DNA of 64,000 nt from Thermoplasmatota archaeon (GTDB lineage: Archaea > Thermoplasmatota > E2 > DHVEG-1). The position numbers and the translations under genes are program-made. This document shows positions 38,659 to 46,779 of this stretch, one piece after another; position 1 is the stretch's first letter, and each line of letters starts with the position of its first letter. Under the pieces are notes generated by a model. That model ran no database searches, had not been told where the DNA came from, and saw only the letters and a list, made by a program, of their open reading frames with translations. The DNA lies in assembly GCA_030619765.1 (NCBI GenBank), contig JAUXAU010000002.1, positions 1,724 through 65,723 on the forward strand. Reading direction: 5' to 3'.

Positions 38659-39431
38659 TTTTTGATAATGCGTTCAAAAATTTCTTTTTCGTCTTCTTTT
38701 ATACCAAATTTGCTGAAATATTGCACAACATTGTGAATATCTCTTTTAAGAAACTCAAGTGATGACGGATGTTCCAAGAGTACCCCCTGACCAACGTCTA
38801 TTACGTAGGGTTTATCTTTATACATTAGTACATTATAAGCGCTTAAATCTGCGTGTACCAATTTCGCTCTCTCATACATGCGTGAAATGAAGGTAAGTAA
38901 TTCATCCAATATTTTTTTTGGATCCTTTAACTCTACATCTTTTAGCAAAGGTGCCGATTTTTCTGAATCCCCTATATATTCCATTATTAATATATTATTA
39001 ATTTTTTTTATAGGAGCGGGGACCCTAACTTTTGCTTTCTTTAGTCTTTCTAGATTTTTAAACTCCTTTTTTGCCCACTCGTAAATAATCCCTCTGCGAG
39101 TTTTATTGGTGCATATAAAACGCGGATCTCCTTCAATATACTTTGATATATGTTTAAACGTTAGATTAGAAGTACGGTATATTTTAATTGCAACAAATTT
39201 TTTATCTGGTGTAACGCCTCTAAAAATATTTGCTTCTTTTCCTGTAGAGACTGGAAAATCCAAATACTCAATTACCTTATCAGAAATAAGCTTACCAAGG
39301 CTGAGAAGTGTAGATTTATCAAAAACCTCATCGAGTGTTTTTCTATCAAGACCTATTCTGTCGCTTATAACCCTTGTTTGCCGATCTAGCTTTTTAATCC
39401 ATTTTTCATCTAAAAAAAACTCAGAAGACAT
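38655..39431 (-). CDS. rio1: RIO-type serine protein kinase (Rio1)
   Basis: STGKEANIF, LVHADLSAYNVL and IDVGQGV motifs. Internal Met 39431 is preferred because the track ORF (to 39503) would overlap aIF-1A by 83 nt. Confidence 0.8.
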   Translation of the reverse strand: MSSEFFLDEKWIKKLDRQTRVISDRIGLDRKTLDEVFDKSTLLSLGKLISDKVIEYLDFPVSTGKEANIFRGVTPDKKFVAIKIYRTSNLTFKHISKYIEGDPRFICTNKTRRGIIYEWAKKEFKNLERLKKAKVRVPAPIKKINNILIMEYIGDSEKSAPLLKDVELKDPKKILDELLTFISRMYERAKLVHADLSAYNVLMYKDKPYVIDVGQGVLLEHPSSLEFLKRDIHNVVQYFSKFGIKEDEKEIFERIIKK

Positions 39432-39756
39432 CAATTTCCTCTGGCAATATTTTTCTTCTACTAAGGGTATTTGCCTGGGTTCTCGTGTATCTATACACAA
39501 CATCGGCTTTTTCGTTTTGTATCTCCCAAGGTTGTATTATAAGCAGATCACCTGCACGAACCCTCGCCCTTCTTTTCATTTTGCCGGGTATACGTGCCAT
39601 CCTTGATTTACCATCTTCACATACAGCATTGATTCTAGATCCGCCCATAAGTCTATCTGCAATTGCAAACATTTCTTTTTTATGTTTTTTTGGTAACCGC
39701 AGCCGTATATATTCTCCTTCGTCTCCATTTTTTCTAGTGATGTTTTTTCTATTCAC
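39421..39756 (-). CDS. eif1a: translation initiation factor aIF-1A
   Basis: S1/OB pattern GEYIRLRLP...MFAIADRLMGGSRINAVCEDGKSRMARIPGKMKRRARVRAGDLLIIQPWE. Confidence 0.85.
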   Translation of the reverse strand: MNRKNITRKNGDEGEYIRLRLPKKHKKEMFAIADRLMGGSRINAVCEDGKSRMARIPGKMKRRARVRAGDLLIIQPWEIQNEKADVVYRYTRTQANTLSRRKILPEEIDVF

Positions 39757-39804
39757 ACGATCATCCCTCTATACATATACTTATATTAAATAAAGTTGCT
39801 GTAA

Positions 39805-40359
39805 CTAAAGCCCCAATGTATCTGCAATACTATTCAGGGCATTAAGACTCACTTTAAGAAATTCATTAAGCTCTATTCCAACATCTGCGCAAAGTGCAAT
39901 TCTTCTTCTGTCACATGCTCTTGCAAAGGATTTGTCTTTAAATTTGTTAATCAGTGTTTTTAGTTCAACATCAGAGAGTTTTTTCGATGGCACAACAAGT
40001 GCTGTTGCAATAATAAGACCAGAAACCGCATCTGCAGCAATGAGGGATTTATCAAGTGAAGTTTCAGGAGCTTGTATGGTATGTTGATAATTGTGAGATT
40101 TAACGGCATTTATTACTTCTTTTGGTACCAGCCCCTCTAAAATTTGGGCAGTAAGCGTTGTATGTTTTTCTGGCTCATCTTTGGTATAATTGTAATCAAG
40201 ATCGTGAAGCAAGCCAGTCAATGCCCATAGCTCTTCGTCTTCATTCAGTTTTTTTGCCATTTTTCCTAATATTGCTTCTACTGCTAGAGAGTGCTTTATC
40301 AGATTTTCATTTTTGAGATACTTGTTTAATAACTTGAAACTTTGTTGTCGACCAATCAT
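39805..40359 (-). CDS. HD-domain metal-dependent phosphohydrolase
   Basis: H...HD signature (IKHSLAVEAIL...LTGLLHDLDY). Internal Met 40359 is preferred (track ORF to 40422). Confidence 0.6.
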   Translation of the reverse strand: MIGRQQSFKLLNKYLKNENLIKHSLAVEAILGKMAKKLNEDEELWALTGLLHDLDYNYTKDEPEKHTTLTAQILEGLVPKEVINAVKSHNYQHTIQAPETSLDKSLIAADAVSGLIIATALVVPSKKLSDVELKTLINKFKDKSFARACDRRRIALCADVGIELNEFLKVSLNALNSIADTLGL

Positions 40360-40443
40360 ACTGGTTTGATGTAAATATACATATAATTTAAACTTTCCTA
40401 AAAAAGAAAGTTTTAAGTTCAATAAGCGTTATTTGATGTAGAG

Positions 40444-40752
40444 GTGAGAATAATAAAATCTATAATGATAGTTGATGATGAAGTTGCTATTCTTGAAAAG
40501 GTAAAATCTTTTCTAGAGAGTGACGAGGTAGGTGTTGTTACTGCAAATAATAGCCGTCAGGCGTTAGAACTTATGGAAAAAGAAGGAAACTTTGATTTGA
40601 TTCTAATTGATACCCAAATGCCTTGTAGTGATAATACTGCTCTTTTCTCAATGAAGCCTGATTCCAAGTTAGCTACTAGCAAAATAGATACCTTTTTACA
40701 AAAACCTTTTACCAAGGAACAGCTAGTTAATTTTGTAAAGGAAAAAATCTGA
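40444..40752 (+). CDS. stand-alone CheY-like receiver domain (short)
   Basis: IMIVDDE, LILIDTQMP (phospho-acceptor Asp context) and LQKPF. Only 102 aa, so the alpha4 region appears shortened. Non-ATG start. Confidence 0.55.
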   Translation: MRIIKSIMIVDDEVAILEKVKSFLESDEVGVVTANNSRQALELMEKEGNFDLILIDTQMPCSDNTALFSMKPDSKLATSKIDTFLQKPFTKEQLVNFVKEKI

Positions 40753-41475
40753 GAATGGCAAGGTTTTTTAAGCTAGCACTTACCTACTGGTGTTGATAAG
40801 CCTAGACTGATACATCATATTAGCAAAAATAGAAGCGATATCAGCATCAAAATAAATAGAAGTAGCATTGTAGTAGCTGAAGTCAGATATCCTTATAGTT
40901 CTTACAAAAAATAACAACCCTATGGCAGAAATGCTAAAGAAGGAATGGGAAAAAATTATGGGAGGAAAAATAAAAATTTAAAAAACCTTCCTTCTTTGAC
41001 ATGTTGGGAGATATTAAAAATAATGAATGATTGAATGCGAATACTTTAAGGTGTGTAACTATAAGTGACACCAACGGATTTTCCGTCATCTCTCCCAAGA
41101 CAAGTTATGCTTAATCGTTATATAAATGTTGCCTCAAAGTTATATTTGTAATATAAGATGCGTTATTATACTGATTTGAGTTCTCCAGTACATCTACATC
41201 TTGTTTCAGTAATTTCTCCGCAATTACATTAATCTGTATTTTGTAACCCCTGGTCACTTTAAAAGATATATGTTATTTTTTATTTCAAAAAGAGTAAAGC
41301 ACCTTATAACATTTGTCATATTGAAATACTGAACGATAATATCTCCGTTTTGTACTAACATCATCTCAACAATAATACATTAAAAACCATTTTTTAAAAC
41401 AAACTCTTACAATAGTAGGGATATAGAATTGTAGGGTATGTTTTTATAAGAATCGGCAGTTACGAGGATGAAAAA

Positions 41476-41619
41476 ATGATAGAAGAATGTAATTTTAAAT
41501 CAAGAATCAGACATCGTGATTCACCCGGATGTCGTTTAACTCCTCCTGATGTTGTGTGCTCCGGTGAAGAAAACTGTATTCTTTATCAAATCTATAAAAA
41601 CTTGGGGATGAATAAATGA
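41476..41619 (+). CDS. possible 47-aa Cys-containing small protein
   Basis: Below the ORF-track cutoff. MIEECNFKSRIRHRDSPGCRLTPPDVVCSGEENCILYQIYKNLGMNK, preceded by GAGGATGAAAAA. No homology recognised. Confidence 0.25.
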   Translation: MIEECNFKSRIRHRDSPGCRLTPPDVVCSGEENCILYQIYKNLGMNK

Positions 41620-41642
41620 ACATGGGGGACATGAGAGTATAA

Positions 41643-41679
41643 TTTTCATTTTGACATTTTTACACGCTATATTTAAATA
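41643..41679 (+). promoter_or_regulatory. conserved 18-nt motif TTTTCATTTTGACATTTT plus TATA-like box (copy 1)
   Basis: Exact 18-mer at 41643-41660, then ..CACGCTA and TATTTAAATA. The ATG of the Zn-ribbon gene lies about 40 nt downstream. Confidence 0.45.
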
Positions 41680-41714
41680 GCCTTCAAGGCAAAATAATAA
41701 CTCAGGAAGAGACG

Positions 41715-41939
41715 ATGGAAGTAGAAAAACTATTTTGTGGTGGTTGCGGAAAACAATTATTAACAATTAATGAGATAGATTTGGGCAATTGTGATAATTG
41801 CAAGGCATCTAAGATTGAAATAATTAAAGAGGGAGCCTTCCTTTGTTGGGCATGTGGGAAAAAAATAGCCACAATGAATGAGATAGCACAGGGTGTTTGT
41901 CATAATTGCAAGGCACATATTATCCGAAAGCTTAGATGA
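41715..41939 (+). CDS. small protein with two tandem 4-Cys zinc-ribbon repeats
   Basis: CGGCGKQLLTINEIDLGNCDNCKA and CWACGKKIATMNEIAQGVCHNCKA form an internal duplication. Confidence 0.6.
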   Translation: MEVEKLFCGGCGKQLLTINEIDLGNCDNCKASKIEIIKEGAFLCWACGKKIATMNEIAQGVCHNCKAHIIRKLR

Positions 41940-42110
41940 TCCCACCCAATTAAGACTTCTAATATCCCCTACTTTTCTGAGCCTTAGTTAATCTGCATCC
42001 TTCATCTATACAAATTCCGTCTGTACAGATAAAAATATAGGGTTCTAGGGATATAGTTTTATAAAGAGATAGATGTTATTGTTATAAAAATTGTAGATTG
42101 ATGAAGGAGA

Positions 42111-42443
42111 ATGACTATGGCAGAAGAAACAACAAAAAAGGAAACCACTGAAGAAAGAAGAACAGATGAAAACGTAATATATGTTGGAAGCAAACCGCCA
42201 ATGAGCTATGTACTTGCTGTAGTAACTCAGTTTAATAGCGGTTCTGACGAGGTGGTTATAAAAGCTAGAGGCAGGGCGATAAGTACGGCGGTAGACACTG
42301 CAGAAATTGTGAGAAACAGATTTGTTACAGATGCAAAACTAAAAGAGATAAAAATTGGTACTGAGAGCATTACCAATGAAGAAGGTAGAACATCTAATGT
42401 ATCTACAATGGAAATATGCTTAACTAAAAAGACAAGCAAATAG
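42111..42443 (+). CDS. albA: Alba DNA/RNA-binding protein
   Basis: [51 protein letters not shown]. Start is probably the second ATG (42117), given the GAAGGAG spacing. Confidence 0.85.
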   Translation: MTMAEETTKKETTEERRTDENVIYVGSKPPMSYVLAVVTQFNSGSDEVVIKARGRAISTAVDTAEIVRNRFVTDAKLKEIKIGTESITNEEGRTSNVSTMEICLTKKTSK

Positions 42444-42501
42444 CTTTGTAATGTTAAATATTGGAGCTCTCTTTCAATTTTACTAAAAGAATGAGAGATA
42501 A

Positions 42502-42960
42502 ATGAAAAAACAACTTTTGATACTTGGAATGGCTTTTCTGCTCTTGGATGCCGTGTTAAGTGGTTGTATTACTTCAATCGATGACAATAATAGTTACCAA
42601 AAATCTATAATTCTAGATGATGATCTCTTTCAAAATGCTTCACGAGACCAATATAAAATTATTAACATAGGAATTGAAGTAGACATATTAGAAATTAATG
42701 TGTCATATAGTGGAGGATGTGAGGAGCACGAATTTTCTCTTTTTGGATCGTCTTCTTTTAAGGAGAGTTTACCGGTTCAGATAAAAGTTGTACTTTCCCA
42801 TAATGATAACGATGATCCATGTGATGGAATTTGTTCTGAGGAACTGGCTTTTGATCTCTCACCGTTAAAAGAAAAATGGCAAGAGGCATATCAGCAAAAT
42901 TCAGGAACTATAATTATATGGCTTGAAGGTGTAGAAGAATCTTTATCCTATGAGTTTTAA
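42502..42960 (+). CDS. predicted lipoprotein, unknown function
   Basis: Signal with lipobox LSGC and several conserved-looking Cys. No motif recognised. Confidence 0.45.
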   Translation: MKKQLLILGMAFLLLDAVLSGCITSIDDNNSYQKSIILDDDLFQNASRDQYKIINIGIEVDILEINVSYSGGCEEHEFSLFGSSSFKESLPVQIKVVLSHNDNDDPCDGICSEELAFDLSPLKEKWQEAYQQNSGTIIIWLEGVEESLSYEF

Positions 42961-43115
42961 TTTCATAAGGTTAATGGCAATCTCGAAATGAAATCAGTAC
43001 CATAACGCTGTAGTATTTGTTCCTTATTTTATACTAAACATTTTTCTGCACCTTTTTATCCACTCCAAAACTCAAAACATTATCTTTATAAAACAAAGAA
43101 ATATACTGCTGTTAA

Positions 43116-43191
43116 ACGGGGGGTCTAATACTAAAGAAATGATTTTAAATAAAATATTTTGCATTTCTTCCCTCCCTCTAGACCCCTTTTT
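43116..43191 (+). ncRNA. candidate small RNA, copy A (nested hairpins, exposed CCCUCCCU, oligo-U end)
   Basis: TATA-like TTTATAAA at 43085-43092. Outer stem 43120-43127 GGGGTCTA pairs with 43179-43186 TAGACCCC. Inner stem 43134-43141 AAGAAATG pairs with 43162-43169 CATTTCTT. CCCTCCCT at 43170-43177, TTTTT at 43187-43191. Ends are predicted, not mapped. Confidence 0.35.
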
Positions 43192-43439
43192 ACAATATCT
43201 TTCTCGTAGGATATTTTTAAAGGATAATTACCAAACGTAATGTTTATAAATTACAATAAAATTACAATTATTGGTGAGGGGTGCATGTTCAGAAAATCTG
43301 TCTATTCTAGTAAACCTTACTTCTTTTTCTTTTCAGCATCTTTGCGTTTAGTGCCCGCCTCTCGCCTTCCTCCCTTTTTTCTTCTAAAATATATGGTAAA
43401 GACAAGAAGCAATAAGAAAGGCATAGTTACAGTGACATT

Positions 43440-43478
43440 TTTTCATTTTGACATTTTGGCACGGTAGGTAAATATAAC
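43440..43478 (+). promoter_or_regulatory. conserved 18-nt motif TTTTCATTTTGACATTTT plus TATA-like box (copy 2)
   Basis: Exact 18-mer at 43440-43457, preceded by a second GTGACATTT half-site. It is followed by ..CACGGTA and GGTAAATATAA. Confidence 0.45.
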
Positions 43479-43545
43479 ATTAATAACAAAGTATAACATG
43501 CCTAAACTTGCAAAATGGATGTTATGAAAATCTGCAGGGGACAAA

Positions 43546-43749
43546 ATGATTGAAAAAAAGGTAATAAGGGGCAGAAAAGAAAACGATCCAGAATGGATAA
43601 AAGACATAGCATTCTATGTAAAATCAGGGGAGGCAGACAAACACAAAAAGCAACTCCGAGAACTATATTTGGAATATACGCGAGAAGGGTTGAAACCAAA
43701 AGAAGCATGGGAAAAAGCAAAGAATGTCCTCGCTTGTTTTGGAAGGTAA
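43546..43749 (+). CDS. 67-aa hypothetical protein
   Basis: GGGGA RBS 4 nt upstream. Lys/Glu-rich helical sequence with a terminator hairpin downstream. The antisense ORFs in the track were judged spurious. Confidence 0.5.
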   Translation: MIEKKVIRGRKENDPEWIKDIAFYVKSGEADKHKKQLRELYLEYTREGLKPKEAWEKAKNVLACFGR

Positions 43750-43760
43750 TATGTCTTAAA

Positions 43761-43784
43761 CCTATGTTGAGATAGAAACATAGG
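43761..43784 (+). terminator. hairpin followed by T-run
   Basis: CCTATGTT-GAGATAGA-AACATAGG (8-bp stem), with TTTTTTT at 43799-43805. Confidence 0.45.
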
Positions 43785-43801
43785 GGGGTTAAAGACACTT
43801 T

Positions 43802-43840
43802 TTTTCATTTTGACATTTTACCACATTAAGTTTATATACA
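43802..43840 (+). promoter_or_regulatory. conserved 18-nt motif TTTTCATTTTGACATTTT plus TATA-like box (copy 3)
   Basis: Exact 18-mer at 43802-43819, then ..CACATTA and GTTTATATAC. Confidence 0.45.
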
Positions 43841-43902
43841 ATTATTGTCAGAAAATAACACGCTATGTGGTAGCATAGTAGAGATAAAAAGGAGAAAATC
43901 TA

Positions 43903-44172
43903 ATGAAAAAAATAGGAAAACCCTCGGGAAAAAAAATTGAAGAAAAAATCGATAAAGAATACGACTTTTTATTGGATGAGTCTACATTAAATGAAACAGA
44001 GGATGAAGACCACGAATATGTAAAAAAAGAAGTAATGAAAAAGAAATATGAATCTGCAGTAAAAAAAGTAGATGAGCTATTGGAGAAGCTTGAGCAAGAT
44101 AAAAAAGAAGAAAACCGATCCTCGGAAAAATACAAAGAAAATTACAAACTAGATATAGACATGATAGAATAA
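43903..44172 (+). CDS. 89-aa highly charged (Lys/Glu) hypothetical protein
   Basis: Good AAGGAG RBS and predicted coiled-coil-like composition. No homology recognised. Confidence 0.5.
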   Translation: MKKIGKPSGKKIEEKIDKEYDFLLDESTLNETEDEDHEYVKKEVMKKKYESAVKKVDELLEKLEQDKKEENRSSEKYKENYKLDIDMIE

Positions 44173-44405
44173 AATGGGTTATTAGAAAAGCTAAACGATA
44201 TACCTTTTCCCATTTGAGAGCAACTATGATAATCTGCTCTCACTCTAATATTTAAAATAATACAGGATTCCACCTATACATCTTACATTTTATTTAAATT
44301 TTCATTTAAGATAACTTCAGCAGTCCATCTAGCTGCGTTCCCAGATACAGTTGGACATTTATCAACATGAGCTCCCGCTTTTTCAAATTCTTCCATATTA
44401 CTGTA

Positions 44406-44484
44406 GAAATGAAATCAGTCCACCTACAATAATTGGATTTGTTACAGTTGTTGTAATAAAATATTATGAGGAATCCTTAAATAC
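44406..44484 (+). promoter_or_regulatory. promoter-like repeat module (copy alpha)
   Basis: GAAATGAAATCAGTCCAC...TTGTTACAGTTGTTGTAATAAAATATTATGAGGAATCCTTAAATA. Lies upstream of the 44542 small gene. Confidence 0.5.
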
Positions 44485-44541
44485 TAATCTTTAATCTACC
44501 TGATTTAAAGTTCTAATTGAACGAAAAGGAAAATTGTAAAA

Positions 44542-44682
44542 ATGTATGGAGAAAACAGAGAAATGCACAAAGTAACTTGTGCAGAATGCGGTAAGGAAAC
44601 AGAAGTTCCTTTCAAGCCAGATGGAACTAGACCTGTCTATTGTAAGGAATGTTTTCAGAAACGTAAACCAAAAAGATTTTAG
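44542..44682 (+). CDS. 46-aa CxxC-x17-CxxC zinc-binding small protein
   Basis: Below the ORF-track cutoff. MYGENREMHKVTCAECGKETEVPFKPDGTRPVYCKECFQKRKPKRF. Spacing and the PF.P....PVYC..C context match the widespread CxxC-x17-CxxC small-protein family as I recall it. Confidence 0.6.
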   Translation: MYGENREMHKVTCAECGKETEVPFKPDGTRPVYCKECFQKRKPKRF

Positions 44683-44773
44683 ATAAAATTTTCGAAATCA
44701 CCTAGATTTTAACAATCTTTATTTAAATATCTTTCTTTTTTTTTTTAATTCTAAATTCCATAGAGTAATTGTG

Positions 44774-44844
44774 GAGATGGAATCAGTCCACTAAACTTTT
44801 GTTACAGATGTTGCAATAAATATAATGAGAAAGATATTTAAATG
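44774..44844 (+). promoter_or_regulatory. promoter-like repeat module (copy beta)
   Basis: GAGATGGAATCAGTCCAC...TTGTTACAGATGTTGCAATAAATATAATGAGAAAGATATTTAAAT. Lies upstream of the 44895 gene. Confidence 0.5.
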
Positions 44845-44894
44845 AGATAATTATATCTTATACAGGAAATTTTTAATTAAGGGAGGAACAAATA

Positions 44895-45833
44895 ATGAAA
44901 AAGAAAATATTAGGTATTTTTGTATGTATGCTGTTAATTGCAACTGCTTTACCTGCAGTAGGGACAATGACTGAACAAGATTATAATTCAAGTAATCAAA
45001 ACATTGGTGACCGTGGTGGAATGTTTAGACAGCTCCCATCTCCACCAGTTGATCCCATGCCATATGGTTGGATAAGCGATTCACAGATGGGGTGGCAGGT
45101 TTATGAAGATTTCTGGGAGGTTTCCAGTCCAATCTGTGACATTCACTGGTGGGGTGGGACTCCCATATGGATGAATGAAACCTGGTATCCTTGTAATCCT
45201 GAGGGTATGACCTTCGACATTATTTTCTTTGAGGATGAAGATGGTATGCCTGGTAACGTGTCTTGTTCATATGATGACATTTCGCCGATAATAACTCCAA
45301 CTGGTATTATGTATGATTATCCTGATGAGTTCCCTGAAGGTCCCTTTGAATTATATTATTTTGAGGCAGATCTCAATCCATGTTGCAATCTGTCTAACGG
45401 GTGGGTGTCGATAATCAAAAAATATAGTCCCAACGACTGTACATTCGGGTGGCATGAATCTCCCGATGGTAACGACAAGATAATCCAAAATATTAATTGG
45501 CGCTCTACAGATGTTGCTTTTATATTAACTGATGGTGAAGAGCCTGACCTTGAAATAAATATCAAGAGTGGACTTGGTGCTACTATAGAAGTTACGAACA
45601 GCGGAAATGAAACATTAACCGGAATACCTGTTGACGTTGTAGTATATGGTGGTCTACTCAGCAAGATTAATGTACATGTTAGAGAAACCATAAGTCTTGA
45701 CCCTGATGAAACAAAACCAGTAGGTACAGGGATATTCCTTGGACTTGGGAAAATAGCAATAGGTGTAATTGCAGATGATGTAGTTGAATATCATAGTGGA
45801 TTGCAATTATTCATTTTCACCATAGTGCAATAA
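44895..45833 (+). CDS. secreted protein, unknown function, with C-terminal beta-sandwich shared with the S8 protease
   Basis: AAGGGAGGAA RBS and signal peptide. C-terminal IKSGLGATIEVTNSGNETLTGIPVDVVVYGGLL...LGLGKIAIGV parallels GGLFKVSAKIINKGGAEATSINWSITLEGGIILLG...LGFGNTKITI of the 9416 gene. Confidence 0.6.
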   Translation: MKKKILGIFVCMLLIATALPAVGTMTEQDYNSSNQNIGDRGGMFRQLPSPPVDPMPYGWISDSQMGWQVYEDFWEVSSPICDIHWWGGTPIWMNETWYPCNPEGMTFDIIFFEDEDGMPGNVSCSYDDISPIITPTGIMYDYPDEFPEGPFELYYFEADLNPCCNLSNGWVSIIKKYSPNDCTFGWHESPDGNDKIIQNINWRSTDVAFILTDGEEPDLEINIKSGLGATIEVTNSGNETLTGIPVDVVVYGGLLSKINVHVRETISLDPDETKPVGTGIFLGLGKIAIGVIADDVVEYHSGLQLFIFTIVQ

Positions 45834-45840
45834 TTAATTC

Positions 45841-45912
45841 CTCTCTCTTTTTCTCTTTTTTAATTCCATAATAGGCAGAAATAACCCTCTAACGCATTTT
45901 CTTTCTTTTTTG
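45841..45912 (+). repeat. conserved 3'-flank element (copy 2)
   Basis: See 3895-3962. Same orientation relative to the upstream gene and starts 8 nt after the stop codon. Confidence 0.8.
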
Positions 45913-46050
45913 GTGTAATACGATTAATCTACTCAAAAGTGCGTTAAAACTCATTTACGAGTATATTTTTACATTGATGTATATTTTTGTACATTGTGTG
46001 AGATCACACAACAGTTACCTTTATTAACCAAAGAAATATAACACCCGCCA

Positions 46051-46113
46051 GAGGGGGTCAAACCTTTTGGAAAAGATTTTATTAATTCCTTTCCTCCCTC
46101 CCTGACCCCTTTT
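46051..46113 (+). ncRNA. candidate small RNA, copy B
   Basis: TATA-like TTTATTAA at 46020-46027. Outer stem 46054-46060 GGGGTCA pairs with 46103-46109 TGACCCC. Inner stem 46069-46073 GGAAA pairs with 46090-46094 TTTCC. TCCCTCCCT at 46095-46103, TTTT at 46110-46113. Confidence 0.35.
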
Positions 46114-46220
46114 ACAATACCCTCTTTCTACATCATATTGCTTAGAATCATAGGTTTTCGATGAAAAGACTAAGATAACAGGGTAAAAGTGGGGGGAGTA
46201 AATGTTTTCAACTATTGAAA

Positions 46221-46565
46221 TTATTTCTTTAGAGGTATCACACAAATAAACTTCAATATCTCCGTTCCAGTATTCACAAACTGATGCCATTCCATAGATG
46301 GAACGAGGACTACATCACCAACCATTAGTTTTTCTTCCTTCTTCTCCTTATCTATTAGGATACCTTCTCCTTCAAGTATGAACATTTCTTGTTCATTCCA
46401 ATGCTGTTCAAAAGGGGTATATCCACCTTTTTCAATCTCAAAATATCTCATAGCGAAGTTTTCAGCACCATCTTTTTCATTAATTAACCATCGCAACTTC
46501 ACCTTCTTTGCTCCTTCTACATTGGGAGTTTCTAATTTTACATCTGAAAAATGCATGTGTTTCAT
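46221..46565 (-). CDS. cupin-domain protein
   Basis: GGYTPFEQHWNEQEMFILEGEG...VLVPSMEWHQFVNTG fits the cupin two-motif pattern. Confidence 0.6.
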   Translation of the reverse strand: MKHMHFSDVKLETPNVEGAKKVKLRWLINEKDGAENFAMRYFEIEKGGYTPFEQHWNEQEMFILEGEGILIDKEKKEEKLMVGDVVLVPSMEWHQFVNTGTEILKFICVIPLKK

Positions 46566-46779
46566 AATTAACCACCGAATTAATATTATAATATTAATCT
46601 TATAATTATGTTCTTCTCCTGATCATAATTTCCATGTTTAGTTAGTAACATAATAAATAGTTCAACTTAATTGCAGCCTAAAACGTTGGGGACAACTACC
46701 TAACTCCGCTTCATATTTAAACGCGAAACTATAGGCCTTATCGATTAATTCCTGCTTTGAATCCATTTATCAACAATGC

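Noticed and set aside
43317-43424. Possible 35-aa minus-strand ORF (MPFLLLLVFTIYFRRKKGGRREAGTKRKDAEKKKK), with one TM helix plus a basic tail.
   Set aside because: It has no RBS and no homologue I recognise, so it is left unresolved rather than called. The GC-rich patch it covers (AGGGAGGAAGG) is noted as a potential pairing partner of the nearby CCCUCCCU RNA.
43240-43467. The 75-aa track ORF as a real gene.
   Set aside because: It gives a Phe/Ser/Leu-rich low-complexity translation with no RBS, running across T-rich spacer sequence and into the 18-nt motif.
44283-44396. Possible 37-aa minus-strand ORF (MEEFEKAGAHVDKCPTVSGNAARWTAEVILNENLNKM) inside promoter-repeat copy alpha.
   Set aside because: It looks protein-like, but the paralogous repeat copy (44745-44775) is closed after 12 codons. 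It may be a gene fragment, and the evidence is insufficient.
46024-46290. The 88-aa track ORF on the minus strand as a real gene.
   Set aside because: It overlaps the 3' part of the well-supported cupin gene by 70 nt. Its C-terminal third is simply the reverse complement of the repeated sRNA-like element, and the equivalent frame in copy A has no start codon.
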